A stretch of 64,000 nt of DNA from Octopus sinensis (GCF_006345805.1 NC_043007.1:25234001-25298000); one strand, 5' to 3'; positions 25,041 through 38,402 are shown, counted from the stretch's first letter. Numbers and translations: made by a program. The notes: generated by a model from the letters alone, not told the origin.

Positions 25041-26545
25041 CTGTAGACGGGAATAAAAAAAAAAGATATAGCATCACCATTATCACCAACATAGTTACTA
25101 ATCATCATCATCAGTATGACTAACATCATCGCACCAATCATCATCATCATCTACCAATAAATCTATTTTGTAGATTCTGCTCTGGTTGACTTTTGCCTTT
25201 CATTTTCTCGGGGTCGATAAATTAAGTATCAGTTGCATACTGGGGTAGATCTAATCGACTGGCCCCTTCCGCAAAACTTTCGGGTCTTGTACCTAGAGTA
25301 GAAATGAATATATCTACTTTGTAATAATACTTTCTACTAAAGGCACAATGCCTGAAGTTTTGGGGGAAAGGACTAGTCAATTACATCCCACCCCCACTCT
25401 CCACTGGTACTTCATTTATCAACCCCAAAAGGATGAAAGGCAAAGTTGACCTCAGCGGAATTTGAACTCAGAACAGAGTGGCAGACGAAATGCCACTAAG
25501 TATTTTGCCAGGTGTGTTAACAATTCTGCCAGCTTGCCACCTTCTCTACTTTGTAATAATAATAATAATAATAATTGTTTCTCACATGGGCACATGGACT
25601 GAAATTTGGCAGATGGAGGTTAATCAATTAAATCAACCATGGAGAGATGAAAATCAAAATTGATTACAGTGGTATTTGAACTCAAAATGCAATGAGCTAG
25701 TTACAAATACAACAAAGCATGTTTTTTTCTGACACTCTAACTATTCTGCCAACTTGCCCCATGAGAAAACATGGAGTAGGTGGAAAAGGGGCAGGATGAT
25801 GACTGGCAATCTGGAGAGCTGCACCAAACTCCAGTTGTCAGCCTTGGCATGGATTCTATGGCTGAATGCCCTTCCTAATGCCAACCACTTGAAAAAGTGT
25901 ACTGGATGCATTTTACATGACAACAGAAGAGGTGTTTTTTAATGTGGCACCAGCACAGGTACTTTAAAATGGTGCTGAAAATTTTCTAAGGAACAAACCT
26001 AGTCCTGTAAGGATTTCTTAACAGAACAGATATAAACAATAAAGAGTGACATTAAAATTTTCTTCTAAGTTCCTTACATCATCATCATCGTTTAATGTCC
26101 ACTTTCCATGCTAGCATGGGTTGGATGGTTCATCTGGGGTCTGGGAAGCCAGAAGGCTGCACCAGGCCCAGTCTGATCTGGCAATGTTTCTACGGCTGGA
26201 TGCCCTTCCTAACGCCAACCACTCCATGAGTGTAGTGGATGCTTTTTACACGCCACCAGCACAGGTGCCAGACGAGGCTGGCAAGCAACCACGATCGGAT
26301 GGTGCTCTTTACGTGCCACCGCATGGAGGCCAGTTGGGGCGGCGCTGGCAACGGCCACGTTCGGATGGTTCTCTTATGTGCCACTGGCACTGATATCACA
26401 GCTACAATTTCCATTGATGTTGATCGATTTTGATTTCCTTACATCCTTCAAAATAAATATAAATAACGTTGTACAAAATTCCTCAGATATTGTGCGTTTT
26501 AGGACTAACTCATTGATGTAGTTACATGATATGATAGTGTGTCAT

Positions 26546-26782
26546 AAGGTGGCGAACTGGCAGAAACGTTAGCACGCCGGGCGAAATGCTTAGCGGTTTT
26601 TTGTCTGCCGTTACGTTCTGAGTTCAAATTCCGCCGAGGTCAACTTTGCCTTTCATCCTTTCAGGGTCAATTAAATAAGTACCAGTTACGCACTGGGGTC
26701 GATATAATCAACTTAATCCATTTGTCTGTCCTTGTTTGTTCCCTCTGTGTTTAGCCCCTTGTGGGTAGTAAAGAAATAGGTA
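26546..26782 (+). mobile_element. SINE, third family (central domain resembling MetaSINE as recalled); copies at 7965-8195 (-), 9655-9860, 21625-21850 (-), 31015-31450, 36470-36880 (-), 38880-39280, 56320-56555 (-), 60120-60345 (-)
   Basis: aaggcggcgagctggcagaa...gagttcaaattcc...gcctttcatcctttcggggtcgataaattaagtaccag shared among copies. Confidence 0.8.
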
Positions 26783-27481
26783 TGATACTGTGTCATAAAT
26801 GAAGTTAAGAGTTTCAAGTTTGGTGGACCTACTTCCAAGGGAGACAACCTAGTGTTTTAGTCCATATACTTGTAACCATATGAACTGTATCAAAGACACC
26901 TTAGGAGGCAGTGACAATAGTTGACCCAGGCAGCTTGTTAACCCTTTCGTTACCGTATTTATTTTGAGGTGCTCTGTGTTTCTTTCAATTAATTTTAAAT
27001 ATAACAAAGAATTTAGTAAAAGAACTTAGTTATCATTAAGCTAGTGTTAGGAACATTAATTGTGACTAAGGTTTGGTGGAAGATTTTAATTCAAAATTTA
27101 TGAAAACAAGACATTTGTAGAGCCAGAGCCGGTTTCAGCCAGGTTGGTAACGAAAGCATTAACAGCTAGGTCGGTCATGGGCAACTTTTTCCAAGGAGCA
27201 GGCAGCATGAGACATGCATACCCATAACATAGTTTTCAGGGAAATTCAGCATGACAAAGAGTGTGATAAAGCTGACCCTTTGAATTAAAAAGTACAACTT
27301 ATTTTTGCCAGCTGAGTGGACTGGAGCAACATGAAATAAAGTAATTTGCCCAAGGACACAAAGCATCACCAGGAATCTAATTACATGTGCCTTCACTTAC
27401 AGGAGATAGCCTCTATGCAGTCACTCCCACTGAGAGAAATGGCAATTAAGTCTTCAACAAATTACAACTTGAAAAAAATTA

Positions 27482-27960
27482 CCATAAATCCTCGAGTATA
27501 ATCCGCATTTTTTCCCAAAATTTAAAGGTCAAAATCCCAAGTGAATACTATATACGAGGTTAAAAATGAAAAATATTTTCTAAGCAATGTCCGAATCTCT
27601 ATTTGCTGTCCGGCAATGTTTATTCAGATGCATTTTGTGATGTCGGGTGCGAAAATACATTAAATCATCCATAACTTGCAGTTAGCAACATTTATTACAC
27701 GTTACTACAGTTATTTCTTTATTTTCTGCAAACAAAATGCACAAAAAAGCTACATGTTTGCATTATGTTATATATACAATAATAATAAAGGACGTTACCG
27801 TATACATTTTTACAAACCAAGGATGTTATACAGACCTCCTTGACTCAAGTTAGAGAAGGAGTGCGTATTATACACAAGGTTTAGGTTTTTCGGAAGTACA
27901 GCCCCCTAAAAATCCCCTGTGTATTATACTCAAGGGCAGACTATACTCGAGGATTTACGT
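27482..27960. mobile_element. TA-flanked MITE (Tc1/mariner-pogo type)
   Basis: TIRs ta|ccataaatcctcgagtata ... tatactcgaggatttacgt|ta; no ORF. Confidence 0.75.
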
Positions 27961-28297
27961 TACACATTGACTAATGTGATCCTGGATGCACAATGACAGG
28001 AGAAAGTTGATATGGTCATTGCTTAAATGCTTTTGATTGTAGATTTGCTGTATCAGAACCAACCTACCCAGGGCTAAACAAAAGCTACATCTACATTCAA
28101 AGTAATGAAACATGGTAGGAAGCTACTACATGGCCACTGAACTTGCTAGTAATAGCAAGTAAATCTTGTGTCAGATCACAGATGGGACATTAAATAATGT
28201 AGTCCTATCTAGTCCTAAAAAGGTAGCTGGAGTTAAGCTGGGTTTCAACAACAGTAGTAACAGCTGGAAAGAGAAGGTATTGAAAGGAATCACTTAC

Positions 28298-28366
28298 TCG
28301 CTTTTCTTGGACTGCTTTCCGGCACAGACCTAAGATACTGGAATTTTGGAGTAAATCAGAATTTCT
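28298..28366 (-). CDS. LRPPRC: LRPPRC exon
   Basis: gtttcag|RNSDLLQNSSILGLCRKAVQEKR|gtaagt; phase 0 to 0. Confidence 0.8.
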
Positions 28367-28924
28367 CTGAAACAAGAAACAAAGAAAAAATTTTAAGAAA
28401 ACAAAAACATTATTACTTCTGCCTTAGCAAAGGCAGAGGTATTGTTTTCAGTCGTGTTGGTTTGTTTGTCCGTGGACAAGATATCGCAAGAACCGCTGGA
28501 TGGATTTGGATGAGATTTTCAGGGATGTTTGGCCTCATGACTGGCATGAACTGACTAGGTTTGAGGATCGATCCAGCACCGGACATGGATTCTGGATTAT
28601 TTTTCCAGTTTTTTTTACTTAATCTTTGAGAGTGGTCGGGTTCATTTTTAGTATTCTCGTTTGTGAGAGCAGTCAAGTTTATTTCAGATATTCTCATTTT
28701 AAAAATCATCTCCAGCTAATCATTGAGAGGATGTTGGTGCTGCCTTAGCGGAGGTTTGCGCTCTCTGAGGGCTCTTGTTATTATTATTGCTGGATGCTAC
28801 TACTACAAAAAATTTGATATTATTATTATTGGTAAGGCAGTGAGCTGGCAGAATCATTAGTGTACCAGACGAAATGCTGAGCAGCATCTCGCATTTCATC
28901 CATCCTCATGTTCTAAGTTCATGT

Positions 28925-29270
28925 GAAGGCGCGTGGCTCTGTGGTTAGAGCGTCGAGCTTACGATCGTGAGGTTCTGAGCTCGAATCCCGGACCGGGCTG
29001 CGTGTTGTGTTCTTGAGCAAGACACTTTATTTCACGTTGCTCCAGTCCACTCAGCTGTAGAAATGAGTTGCGACGTCACAGGTGCCAAGCTGTATCGGCC
29101 CTTGCCTTTCCCTTGGACAACACTGGTGGCGTGGAGAGGGGAGGCCGATATGCATGGGCGACTGCTGGTCTTCCATAAAAAAAAACAACCTTGCCCAGAC
29201 TTGTGCCTCAGAGGGTAACTCTCAAGGTGCAAACCCATGGTCAGTGTCTGACCGAAGGGGGTCACCAGTT
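28925..29270 (+). mobile_element. tRNA-derived SINE, fourth family; partial copy at 23895-24165
   Basis: A-box tggctctgtgg, B-box gctcgaatccc, then tgtgttcttgagcaagacactttatttc core. Confidence 0.75.
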
Positions 29271-29539
29271 CTAAGTTCAAATTCTACTGAATTGTAGCGA
29301 ATAGTAGACTAAATTAACCCCTTTGTTGACTGGTATTTTATGTTATTAAGGTCAGCTTTGCCTTTCATCCTTTCAGGGTTGATAAAATAAGTACCACTTG
29401 ATCACCAATCACTGGGGTCAATGTAATCAATTTAACACCTCTCCCACAATTTCTGGGCTTGTGCAAAAATTTGAATTTAACAGAAAGCTGACTCAGGGCT
29501 GAACAGCAAAACTCCTTCAGGACACATCAACGATGATGA

Positions 29540-29615
29540 TGTGTCTGCCAAATAATCCAAAGGATTAGCTTTTGGCTCTTGGTTTGCATCTGTAAGCAAG
29601 TCAGGTAGAATAAAA
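29540..29615 (-). pseudogene. Decayed tandem duplicate of LRPPRC exon 29774-29889
   Basis: CTTGCTTACAGATGCAAACCAAGA...TTTGGATTATTTGGCAGACAC versus the real exon CTTGCTTATAGATGTGAGCCAAGA...TTTGGAATATTTGGCAGACAC; 1-nt deletion, in-frame TAA, acceptor position reads ttctac instead of ttctag. Confidence 0.8.
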
Positions 29616-29773
29616 ATATTTCTTTTTCTGGTGACTTGTAGCATAAAACCAAAACTTTAAAAATCAATTTGTCTGGACCTAATCATCATTTCACAAGTCT
29701 CTAATCCAACTCTTAGAGTAAAAAAAAAAAAAAAAGCTAGAATCCTTTGTATCTTAATGTAGCAAGAACTTAC

Positions 29774-29889
29774 CTCTAAAATAACTGATGCAGAAGAACT
29801 ATAAGGATTTTCCAAGAAATGTGTCTGCCAAATATTCCAAAGAATTGATTTTTTTGTTCTTGGCTCACATCTATAAGCAAGTTCTTCAA
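29774..29889 (-). CDS. LRPPRC: LRPPRC exon
   Basis: ttttctag|(L)EELAYRCEPRTKKSILWNIWQTHFLENPYSSSASVILE|gtaagt; phase 1 to 0. Confidence 0.82.
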
Positions 29890-31732
29890 CTAGAAAAGAA
29901 AAAAGAAAAGAGAGAGAATTTAGCATGCGAAGTGGTTGAATGTTCTTTTAAAGTGACTTAATCCTTTAGTTTTCAGATTATTTAGTCATTACTATCCGAC
30001 TCGTGGCCGATGCCAGCGCCGCCTCGATTGGCTTCCGTGCCAGTGGCACGTAAAATACACCAATCCAACCGTGGCCGTTGCCAGCCTCGCCTGGCACCTG
30101 TGCAGGTGGCACGTAAAAAGCACCCACTACGCTCACGGAGTGGTTGGCGTTAGGAAGGGCATCCAGCTGTAGAAACATTGCCAGATAAGACTGGAGCCTG
30201 GTGCAGCCTTCTGGCTTCCCAGATCCCCGGTCGAACCGTCCAACCCATGCTAGCATGGAAAACGGACATTAAACGATGATGATGATGATGTATGCTTATT
30301 TATTCACATTATTTTGAATTTATCAGACATTATCTCGTAGCTTTGAAATTTCAATGATGTGATTGACACTGAAGGGTAGGTGTGAGAGGTCTGATCTAGT
30401 CAGTTTGAATATAAAACAGGTAGAATATTTGGGCCTGGTATGACCAGTGTGAAAACTAAAGGGTTAAAATTAAAATTTCTAATTAAAATTGAATTTTAAT
30501 TTATGTTCTAAACATCAGCTTAATGAGGACAAAATTATTTTTACTATAATTTTTCATTAATTTCAAAATTAAGGGTGAGTATTTCAGCAGGAAAATGGTA
30601 ACAAAATGGTAAATCATGCATTATTTTGTAGCTTCAAAACTGGGATGATGTGAAACTGACCCTATGCTCCTTATGGAGTAATGTGGGCTAACCAATAACT
30701 ATATTTGACTAGGAATGATAACAGATGGAACATGCTGGATCAAAGCTTTGTTGAAAGAGGACCAACCTGGTGTTCAACAAGATAATATAGTCCTCGATAC
30801 ACCAGCACATGGCTTAGTGGTTAGGGTATTTGGCTTATGATCATAGAATCGTGAGTTCAATTCCCGGCAACATATTGTGTCCTTGAGCACGTCCTTTTAT
30901 ATTTGGCATTCCTCCAGTCCACTCAGCAGCCAAAAACGAGTTGTACCTGTAACTCAAAGGACCAACTTTGTCAAGCTGAATCTCCCTGAGAACTATGTCA
31001 AGGGTATGTGTTTGTGGGCGGCAAGCTGGCAGAAACGTTAACATGCCGGGCGAAATGCGTAGCCATATTTCGTCTGCCGTTACGTTCTGAGTTCAAATTC
31101 CGCCGAGGTCGACTTTACCTTTCATCCTTTCGGGGTCGATTAAATAAGTACCAGTTACACACTGGGGTCGATATAATCGACTTAATCCGTTTGTCTGTCC
31201 TTGTTTGTCCACTCTGTGTTTAGCCCCTTCATCATCATCATCATCGTTTAACGTCTGTTTTCCGCGCTAGCACGGGTTGGACGGTTCGACCGGGGTCTGG
31301 GGAGCCAGGGGCTGCCCCAGGCTCCAGTCTGATCTGGCAGTGTTTCTACAGCTGGATGCCCTTCCTAAGGCCAACCACTCCGCGAGTGTAGTGGGTGCTT
31401 TTTACGTGCCACCTGCACAGGCCCCTTGTAGATAGTAAAGAAATAGGTATGTGTTTGTGAAGTGCTCAGCCACTTGCATGTTAATTTCATGAGCAGGCTG
31501 TTCTGTTGGTCAGATCAACTGGTACACACATCACCGTAACCAACGAAGTACCATATAACACTATAACTGACGAAAGCAGGAATATTCACAGCTAGAATGT
31601 GTTTTGGGGATTAAACCTGTTGGATCAAGACTGCCCTTTAGGCTCAACAACTTTGTATATTCACATAAAACACAAAAAAAGAGAGTTAGCAGAAGAAAAT
31701 GATGAATCAAGCAAGAAGGAAAATTAACTCAC

Positions 31733-31851
31733 GTTTCACTAGTTTTTCTGGGTCTTTCTCTTTTAGGTGTGCCATGCCTTTTACAGAAATAAAACTGTTG
31801 ATCATATCAGGGTTTTTCCCCAGAAACTCCAATAGTTCATCGGAACGGTCA
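31733..31851 (-). CDS. LRPPRC: LRPPRC exon
   Basis: ttcacag|(S)DRSDELLEFLGKNPDMINSFISVKGMAHLKEKDPEKLVK+c|gtgagt; phase 2 to 1. Confidence 0.82.
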
Positions 31852-31978
31852 CTGTGAAATAATAGTAAAACAGGTCAGATCAAAGGTTTACACTACAACA
31901 ACAAGAGAAAGTACCAACTTTCTCACATTTTTCACTCTAGAAATTTATCATCATCATCATCATCATTATTATTATTAT

Positions 31979-32534
31979 TGAGTGAGAGAGCAGTGCATGC
32001 CATCAAAGTGACACTGGGGTAAAATATACGAAGCCCAGTATACCCATCATGACTACCCGTCTGATAAGGGTACACTAGGCACATGCATCACAACTATATG
32101 TGCGGGACATGGTGATCTCATATGAAGATAAACAGCACATGACCTTGCAGGTGGGGCCCAGTTAGAATTTTCTTCTGGTCGAGTAGCCCATCCCACTCAA
32201 AAGGTCCTTGAATAAGAGTTATTTAAGGATGTTAAATGAAACACCCATGTTTCCAGAGGTGAATTATTTAAACCCCAAAGAATCCCTCTCAACACATGGC
32301 TATGATGCTCCCCCACTACTTCTGCTCGTGATCAGAGATGCACATATCGTCAGCCACTAAGGGACATGCTCAACTGGTTACGGTCAAACAACTGACAAGC
32401 AAATCTGTGGTATTGAGCAGAATATTTGCTGTAGCCCATCTTTTATACCAAGACAAAACAATGTACATGATAACACTTCCAATCAGTTAAGATCAGAAGC
32501 CATGAGAGCCACTGCCTGGTACTGCATCAGGGCA
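31979..32534 (+). mobile_element. 556-bp unclassified element with TG...CA ends embedded in (ATT)n; copies at 9133-9655, 12647-13202 (-), 24295-24846
   Basis: Four copies with shared termini tgagtgagagagc ... atcagggca; no ORF, TIR or Pol III box seen. Confidence 0.75.
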
Positions 32535-32547
32535 TTTATTATTATTA

Positions 32548-32578
<31 letters not shown>

Positions 32579-33672
32579 TATTCTGCTTGTTCCTGCAGCC
32601 TGGTTGTTTTGTCCATGTATTACATCAAGGAATGTAATAACTTGAATGAAGATATATATATATCACCTTACTGGTACTTGTGCCCCGTGCTAGTAGGGTG
32701 CTAAGAGCACCATCCAAGCATGATCGTTGCCAGAGCGGCTAACTGGCTTCAGTGCCAGTGGCATGTAAAAGGCACCATTCGAGCGTGATTGTTACCAGCA
32801 TCGCCTTACTGGCACCTGTGCCGGTGGCATGTGTAAAAAGATTCGAGCAAGGTCGTTGCCAGTACCGCTTGACTGGCCCTTGTGCCGGTGGCATGTAAAA
32901 GCACTCACTACACTCTCGGAGTGGTTGGCGTTAGGAAGGGCATCCAGCTGTTGAAACTCTGCCAGATCGGATTGGAGTCTGGTGCAGCCATCTGGTTCAC
33001 CAGACCTCAGTCAAATCGTCCAACCCATGCTAGCATAGAAAGCAGATGTTAAACAATGATGATGATGATGATATATGTGGGAAGCTCTCCGTCGGTTACG
33101 ACGATGAGGGTTCCGGTTGATCCGAATCAACGGAACAGCCTGCTCGTGAAATTAACGTGTAAGTGGCTGAGCACTCCACAGACACGTGCACCCTTAACGT
33201 AGTTCTCGGGGATATTCAGCGTGACACAGAGAGTGACAAGGCCGGCCCCTTGAAATACAGGTACAACAGAAACAGGAAGTAAGAGTGAGAGAAAGTTGTG
33301 GTGAAAGAGTACAGCAGGGATCACCACCATCCCCTGCCGGAGCCTCGTGGAGCTTTTAGGTATTTTCGCTCAATAAACACTCACAACGCCCGGTCTGGGA
33401 ATCGAAACCGCGATCCTATGACCGCGAGTCCGCTGCCCTAACCACTGGGCCATTGCGCCTCCACATATATATACAGAGGGAAAGAGGAGAAGAGAAGACA
33501 ATGAAAGAAACAGAAATAGTGGAATCTGAAAAAATAGAAAGAGAAAACACTGCATGGTATCATGGGCAAGTGTTTACTACTATAGCCCCAGGCCAAACAA
33601 TGATTTGTGAGGGGATCTGGTGGACAGGAACTGATAAAGCCCATCGTGTGTGTGTGTGTCTTTGTCATTATG

Positions 33673-34000
33673 AGAGCTCAAAACCTCTCGTGGAAGCGCC
33701 ATCCTACCAAAATGCAAATATATGGGAAATTACCACCTGTGTCATCTCTTGTGAAAGGTAGGAGAGTCCAGTTTGCTGGACATTGTTGTAGAGCTGAAAA
33801 CGAGGTAATTTCTACTCTTCTCCTCTAGAAGCCATCTACTCGCAATACCAGAGGGCGCACACTCTCCTACCCTGATGTAATCTCCAGGGATACAGGCATC
33901 CAGCAACAGGACCTCTGTAATGCCATGATGGACCGTGAAGTCTGGCGTAGCATGGTAAATTCCATTGCCTCGACCACGGTCGAACAATGATGATGATGAT
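33673..34000 (+). mobile_element. RTE-type LINE 3' fragment
   Basis: RAQNLSWKRHPTK.QIYGKLPPVS...RRVQFAGHC.R...MMDREVWR with a (GAT)n tail. Confidence 0.8.
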
Positions 34001-34234
34001 GTGTGTCTTTGTGTTTCTGTCTGTCCTCCCAACCGCATGACAACCAGTGTTAATTTGTTTACATCCCCATAACTTAGTAGTTCAGCAAATGGGAAAGACA
34101 GAATAAGAGCCAGGCTTAAAAAAAAAAAAAAAAAAAAAGGTACAGGGGTCAATTTCTTTGACTACAACCCTTCAAGGAGCTTGGCTGCAGTCAAATGACT
34201 GAAACAAGTAAAATAAAGATGACAGAAAGCTTAC

Positions 34235-34364
34235 CTGACTACATAGGCTGAGAAGACGTTCTTGCTGACAATGTCATTTCCTGTGTCGATACCTTTTGAT
34301 TTCAGCAGCAGCAGATTTTCAACAGAGCCACGGCTTCCTAACTCTTGTAAAACCCAACCGAGAT
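34235..34364 (-). CDS. LRPPRC: LRPPRC exon
   Basis: gctcag|(D)LGWVLQELGSRGSVENLLLLKSKGIDTGNDIVSKNVFSAYVV+ag|gtaagc; phase 1 to 2. Confidence 0.82.
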
Positions 34365-34524
34365 CTGAGCAAATATAAGACACACAGATATAAAAGTTTA
34401 TTGTTCAAACTGGCCAGATCTGGCCTCTCATACCTACCCTACAATGTCATTCTAAAAATAAACAACCAGATCATCGAAATCTTAAAGCTATAAGATAATG
34501 CTATATTCATCATCATAATAAATT

Positions 34525-35855
34525 GTGGCCGATGCCAGCACCGCCTCGACTGGCTTCCGTGTCGGTGGCACGTAAAAAGCACCATCCGAATCGTAGCCGA
34601 AGCCAGTGCCACCTCGACTGGCTTCCATAAAATGCACCAATCCGACCGTGGCCGATGCCAGCCTCGCCTGGCACCAGTGCAGGTGGCACGTAAAAAGCAC
34701 CCACTACACTCACGGAGAGTGGTTGGCGTTAGGAAGGGCATCCAGCTGTAGAAACGTTGCCAGATAAGACCGGAGCCTGGTGCAGCCTTCTGGCTTCCCA
34801 GATCCCCGGTCGAACCGTCCAACCCATGCTAGCATGGAGAACGGACGTTAAACGATGATGATGATGATGATGATCACCAGCATCATTTAACATCAGTTTT
34901 CCATGCTGGCATGGGTTGGACGGTTTGACTGAAAACTGGTAAGCTGGGGAACTGCACCGGGTTTCAATCTGATTTGGCATGGTTTCTATGGCTGGATGTC
35001 CTTCCTAATGCCAACCACTCCAAGAGTGTAGTGGGTGCTTTTTTATGTGCCACTGGCACCAGTTACGTAACACCGTCACTGGCTACAACTATGATCTCAT
35101 GTGGTTTGATGAGTCTTCTCAAGCATGGTATATTATCAAAGGTCTCGGTCACTTGTCACTGCCTCCATGAGGCCCAACATTCGAATGGTGTTTTTTACAA
35201 GCTATCGGTACGTGTGCCTGTTACACGACACTAGTATCAGCCACAACTACAATTTCACTTGGCTTGACAAGTCTTCTCAATATGAATTTGAATTCAAAAT
35301 TGAATCAAATTCGACGACTGGCACCCATGCCAACCTTCCTTCATTGGACACCAAACTCTGCTTGTGCAGACCTGTTGGGGCAAGTGAAATCGAAATTGAA
35401 CCAAATTCGATGACTGGCACCCGTGCCAGTGGAGCGCTAACAGCTCCATCCAAGCGGGATCACTGCCAGAGCAGCTGTCTGGCTTCCATGCTGGTGGCAC
35501 GTAAAAAGCACCATTTGAGCGTGATCGTTGCCAGTGTCGCCTTACTGGCACATTAACAAAACATTCGAGCGGGGTTATTGCCTGTGCCGCTGGACTGACT
35601 CCTGTGCAGGTGGGACATAAAAAACACCATTTTGAGTGTGGCCGTTGCCAGTACCGCCAGACTGGCCCTCGTGCCGGTGGCACATAAAAGCACCCACTAC
35701 ACTCTTGGAGTGGTTGGCATTAGGAAGGGCATCCAGCAGTAGAAACTCTGCCAGATCAGATTGGAGCCTGGTGTAGCCATCTGGTTTGCCAGACCACAGT
35801 CAAATCGGCCAACCCAGGCTAGCATGGAAAGTGGATGTTAAATGATGATGATGAA
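34525..35855. mobile_element. Cluster of the most abundant repeat (RTE-tail-like, internal ggtgctttttacgtgccaccggcac subrepeats). More than 25 copies in the window, e.g. 2351-2780, 10560-11025, 14278-14480, 26077-26430, 29995-30290, 32665-33070, 39740-40425, 45750-46692, 57610-57975, 63005-63353
   Basis: Shared core gaagggcatccagctgtagaaac...catgctagcatggaaaacggacgttaaacgatgatgat in both orientations; many ORFs in the track are translations of it. Confidence 0.85.
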
Positions 35856-35925
35856 GCTTTATATTTGACAGAGGAATATGTATGTTAAAGGATTAAATAG
35901 AAATATGGCTAATAAATTTTCTTAC

Positions 35926-36008
35926 CTGTTTTTCTGTTGACTCTGAAGAGGAATTCTGCCATGAGCATCAATAACTCTTCACTCACTTTATCACCACTTG
36001 ATTCAAAT
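35926..36008 (-). CDS. LRPPRC: LRPPRC exon
   Basis: attccag|(R)FESSGDKVSEELLMLMAEFLFRVNRKT+g|gtaaga; phase 2 to 1. Confidence 0.8.
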
Positions 36009-38402
36009 CTGGAATTGGAAAAATTAATTTGTAATCTTTTTGCTTCCGTGTGTGTTCTTGCTCCACTCACTCCATTTGTAATTTGTAATTAACTAAAGAA
36101 AGATAAACATTTTCATCATTTGGACTAAATACTGAAGGACAACATCAGAATGCTGAACCTTTCAGGCAAGATGACAAAGGACCGAGATATCTGCCACCTT
36201 GCTGCATTCAAAAAGACCCGTCCTCAACCGCAGAAGTGTTAAGGCTCTCCCTCTGGTGAGGAAGGTTGGCCTGCAAGAGTCCTCATGCTGGTGTCACACA
36301 TAAGCGCTCATACAGTACCATGATAAGAGCACCCAGCACACATTGTAAAGTGGTTGGCATTAGGAAGGGCATCTAGCCATAGAAACCAAGCCAAATTAGA
36401 CTGGAACCCGGTGCAGCTCTCCAGCTTGTCTGGTGTGCTAATGACTGCCAGCTTCCTGCCTTAATAATAATAATAATAATCCTTTCTACTAAAGGCACAA
36501 GGCCTCAGATTTGGTGTGAGGGGACTAGTCGATTACATTGACCCCAGTTTTTCACTGGTATTTAATTTAACGACTCCAAAAGGATGAAAAGCAAAGTTGA
36601 CCTCAGCGGAATTTGAACTCAGAATGTAGTGACAGGCGAAATACTTATTTCTTTACTACCCACAAGGGGCTAAACACAGAAGGGACATACAAGGACAGAT
36701 AAACGAATTAAGTTGATTATATTGAACCCAGTGCGTAACTGGTACTTATTTAATTGACCACGAAAGGATGAAAGGCAAAGTCGACCTCGGCAGAATTTGA
36801 ACTCTGAACGTAGCAACAAACGAAATACCGCTAAGCATTTTACCTGGCATGCTAATAACTCTGCCAGCTTGCCACCTTAATAATAATAATAACAAGAGCA
36901 CTCTGAGAGTGCAAGCCTCAGCCAAGGCAACACCAACGTCCTCTCAATGATTAGCCAGAGATGATTTTTAAAATGAGAATATCTGGAAAAAAAACTTGAC
37001 TGCTCTCACAAACAAGAATACTAAATATGAATCCAACCGCTCTCAAACATTAAGTAAAAAAAAAAACAGGTAAAATAATCCAGAATCCTTGTTTGGTACT
37101 AGATCGATCCCAAAAACTAATCAGTTTGTGCCAGTCACGGGGCCAAACATCCCTGAAAATTTCATCTGAATCCATCCAGTGGTTCTTGAGATATCTTGTC
37201 CCACAGACAAACACACAAACAAACAAACACAACTGAAAACAATACCTCTGCCTTTGCTAAGGTGGAGGTAATGATAATAATAATAATAATCATCATCATA
37301 GGTGCAGGAGTGGATGTGTGGTAAGTAGCTTGCTAACCAACCACATGGTTCCGGGTTCAGTCCCACTGCGTGGCATCTTGAGCAAGTGTCTTCTGCTATA
37401 GCCCCGGGCCGACCAATGCCTTGTGAGTGGATTTGGTAGACGGAAACTGAAAGAAGCCTGTCGTATATATGTTTATATATATGTGTGTGTGTGTGTGTTT
37501 GTCCCCCAAGCATTGCTTGACAACCGATGCTGGTGTGTTTATGTCCCCGTCACTTAGCGGTTCGGCAAAATAGACCGATAAGTACTGGGCTTACAAAAAG
37601 AATAAGTCCCAGGGTCGAGTTGCTCGATTAAAAGCGGTGCTCCAGCATGGCCACAGTCAACTGACTGAAAAAAGTAAAAGAGTATCATCATCATCATCAC
37701 AGCTGCCACCATCTTTACCACTATTATCATCATCACCATTATCATTTCCCGATTAGGAATTAGGCCATAAATTTTGAGAGAGGTAACAGTCAATGAAGTC
37801 AACTGCAGTTTTCCACTGGTACTTATTTAGTCAGCTCTGAAATGATGACAGGCAAATATCAGCCTTAGAGGGATTTGAACTCAGATCATAAAGAGGTATA
37901 ACAAATTACTGTAAAACATCTTGTCCACTGCTCTACTGATTCTGCTAGTTACTGGATGGAAGCACTCCGTCGGTTACGACGACGAGGGTTCTGGTTGATC
38001 CGATCAACGGAACAGCCTGCTCGTGAAATTAACGTGTAAGTGGCTGAGCACTCCACAGACACGTGTACCCTTAACGTAGTTCTCGGGGATATTCAGCGTG
38101 ACACAAGAGAGTGACAAGGCCGGCCCTTTGAAATACAGGTACAACAGAAACAGGAAGTAAGAGTGAGAGAAAGTTGTGGTTAAAGAGTACAGCAGGGATC
38201 ACCACCATCCCCTGCCAGAGCCTCGTGGAGCTTTAGGTGTTTTCGCTCAATAAACACTCACAACGCCCGGTCTGGGAATCGAAACCGCGATCCTATGACC
38301 GCGAGTCCGCTGCCCTAACCACTGGGCCATTGCACCTCCACTTCTGCTAGTTACTATGCCAACAAGAATAGCAAAAACAAAGAGAGCAGGATCTGAACTT
38401 AC

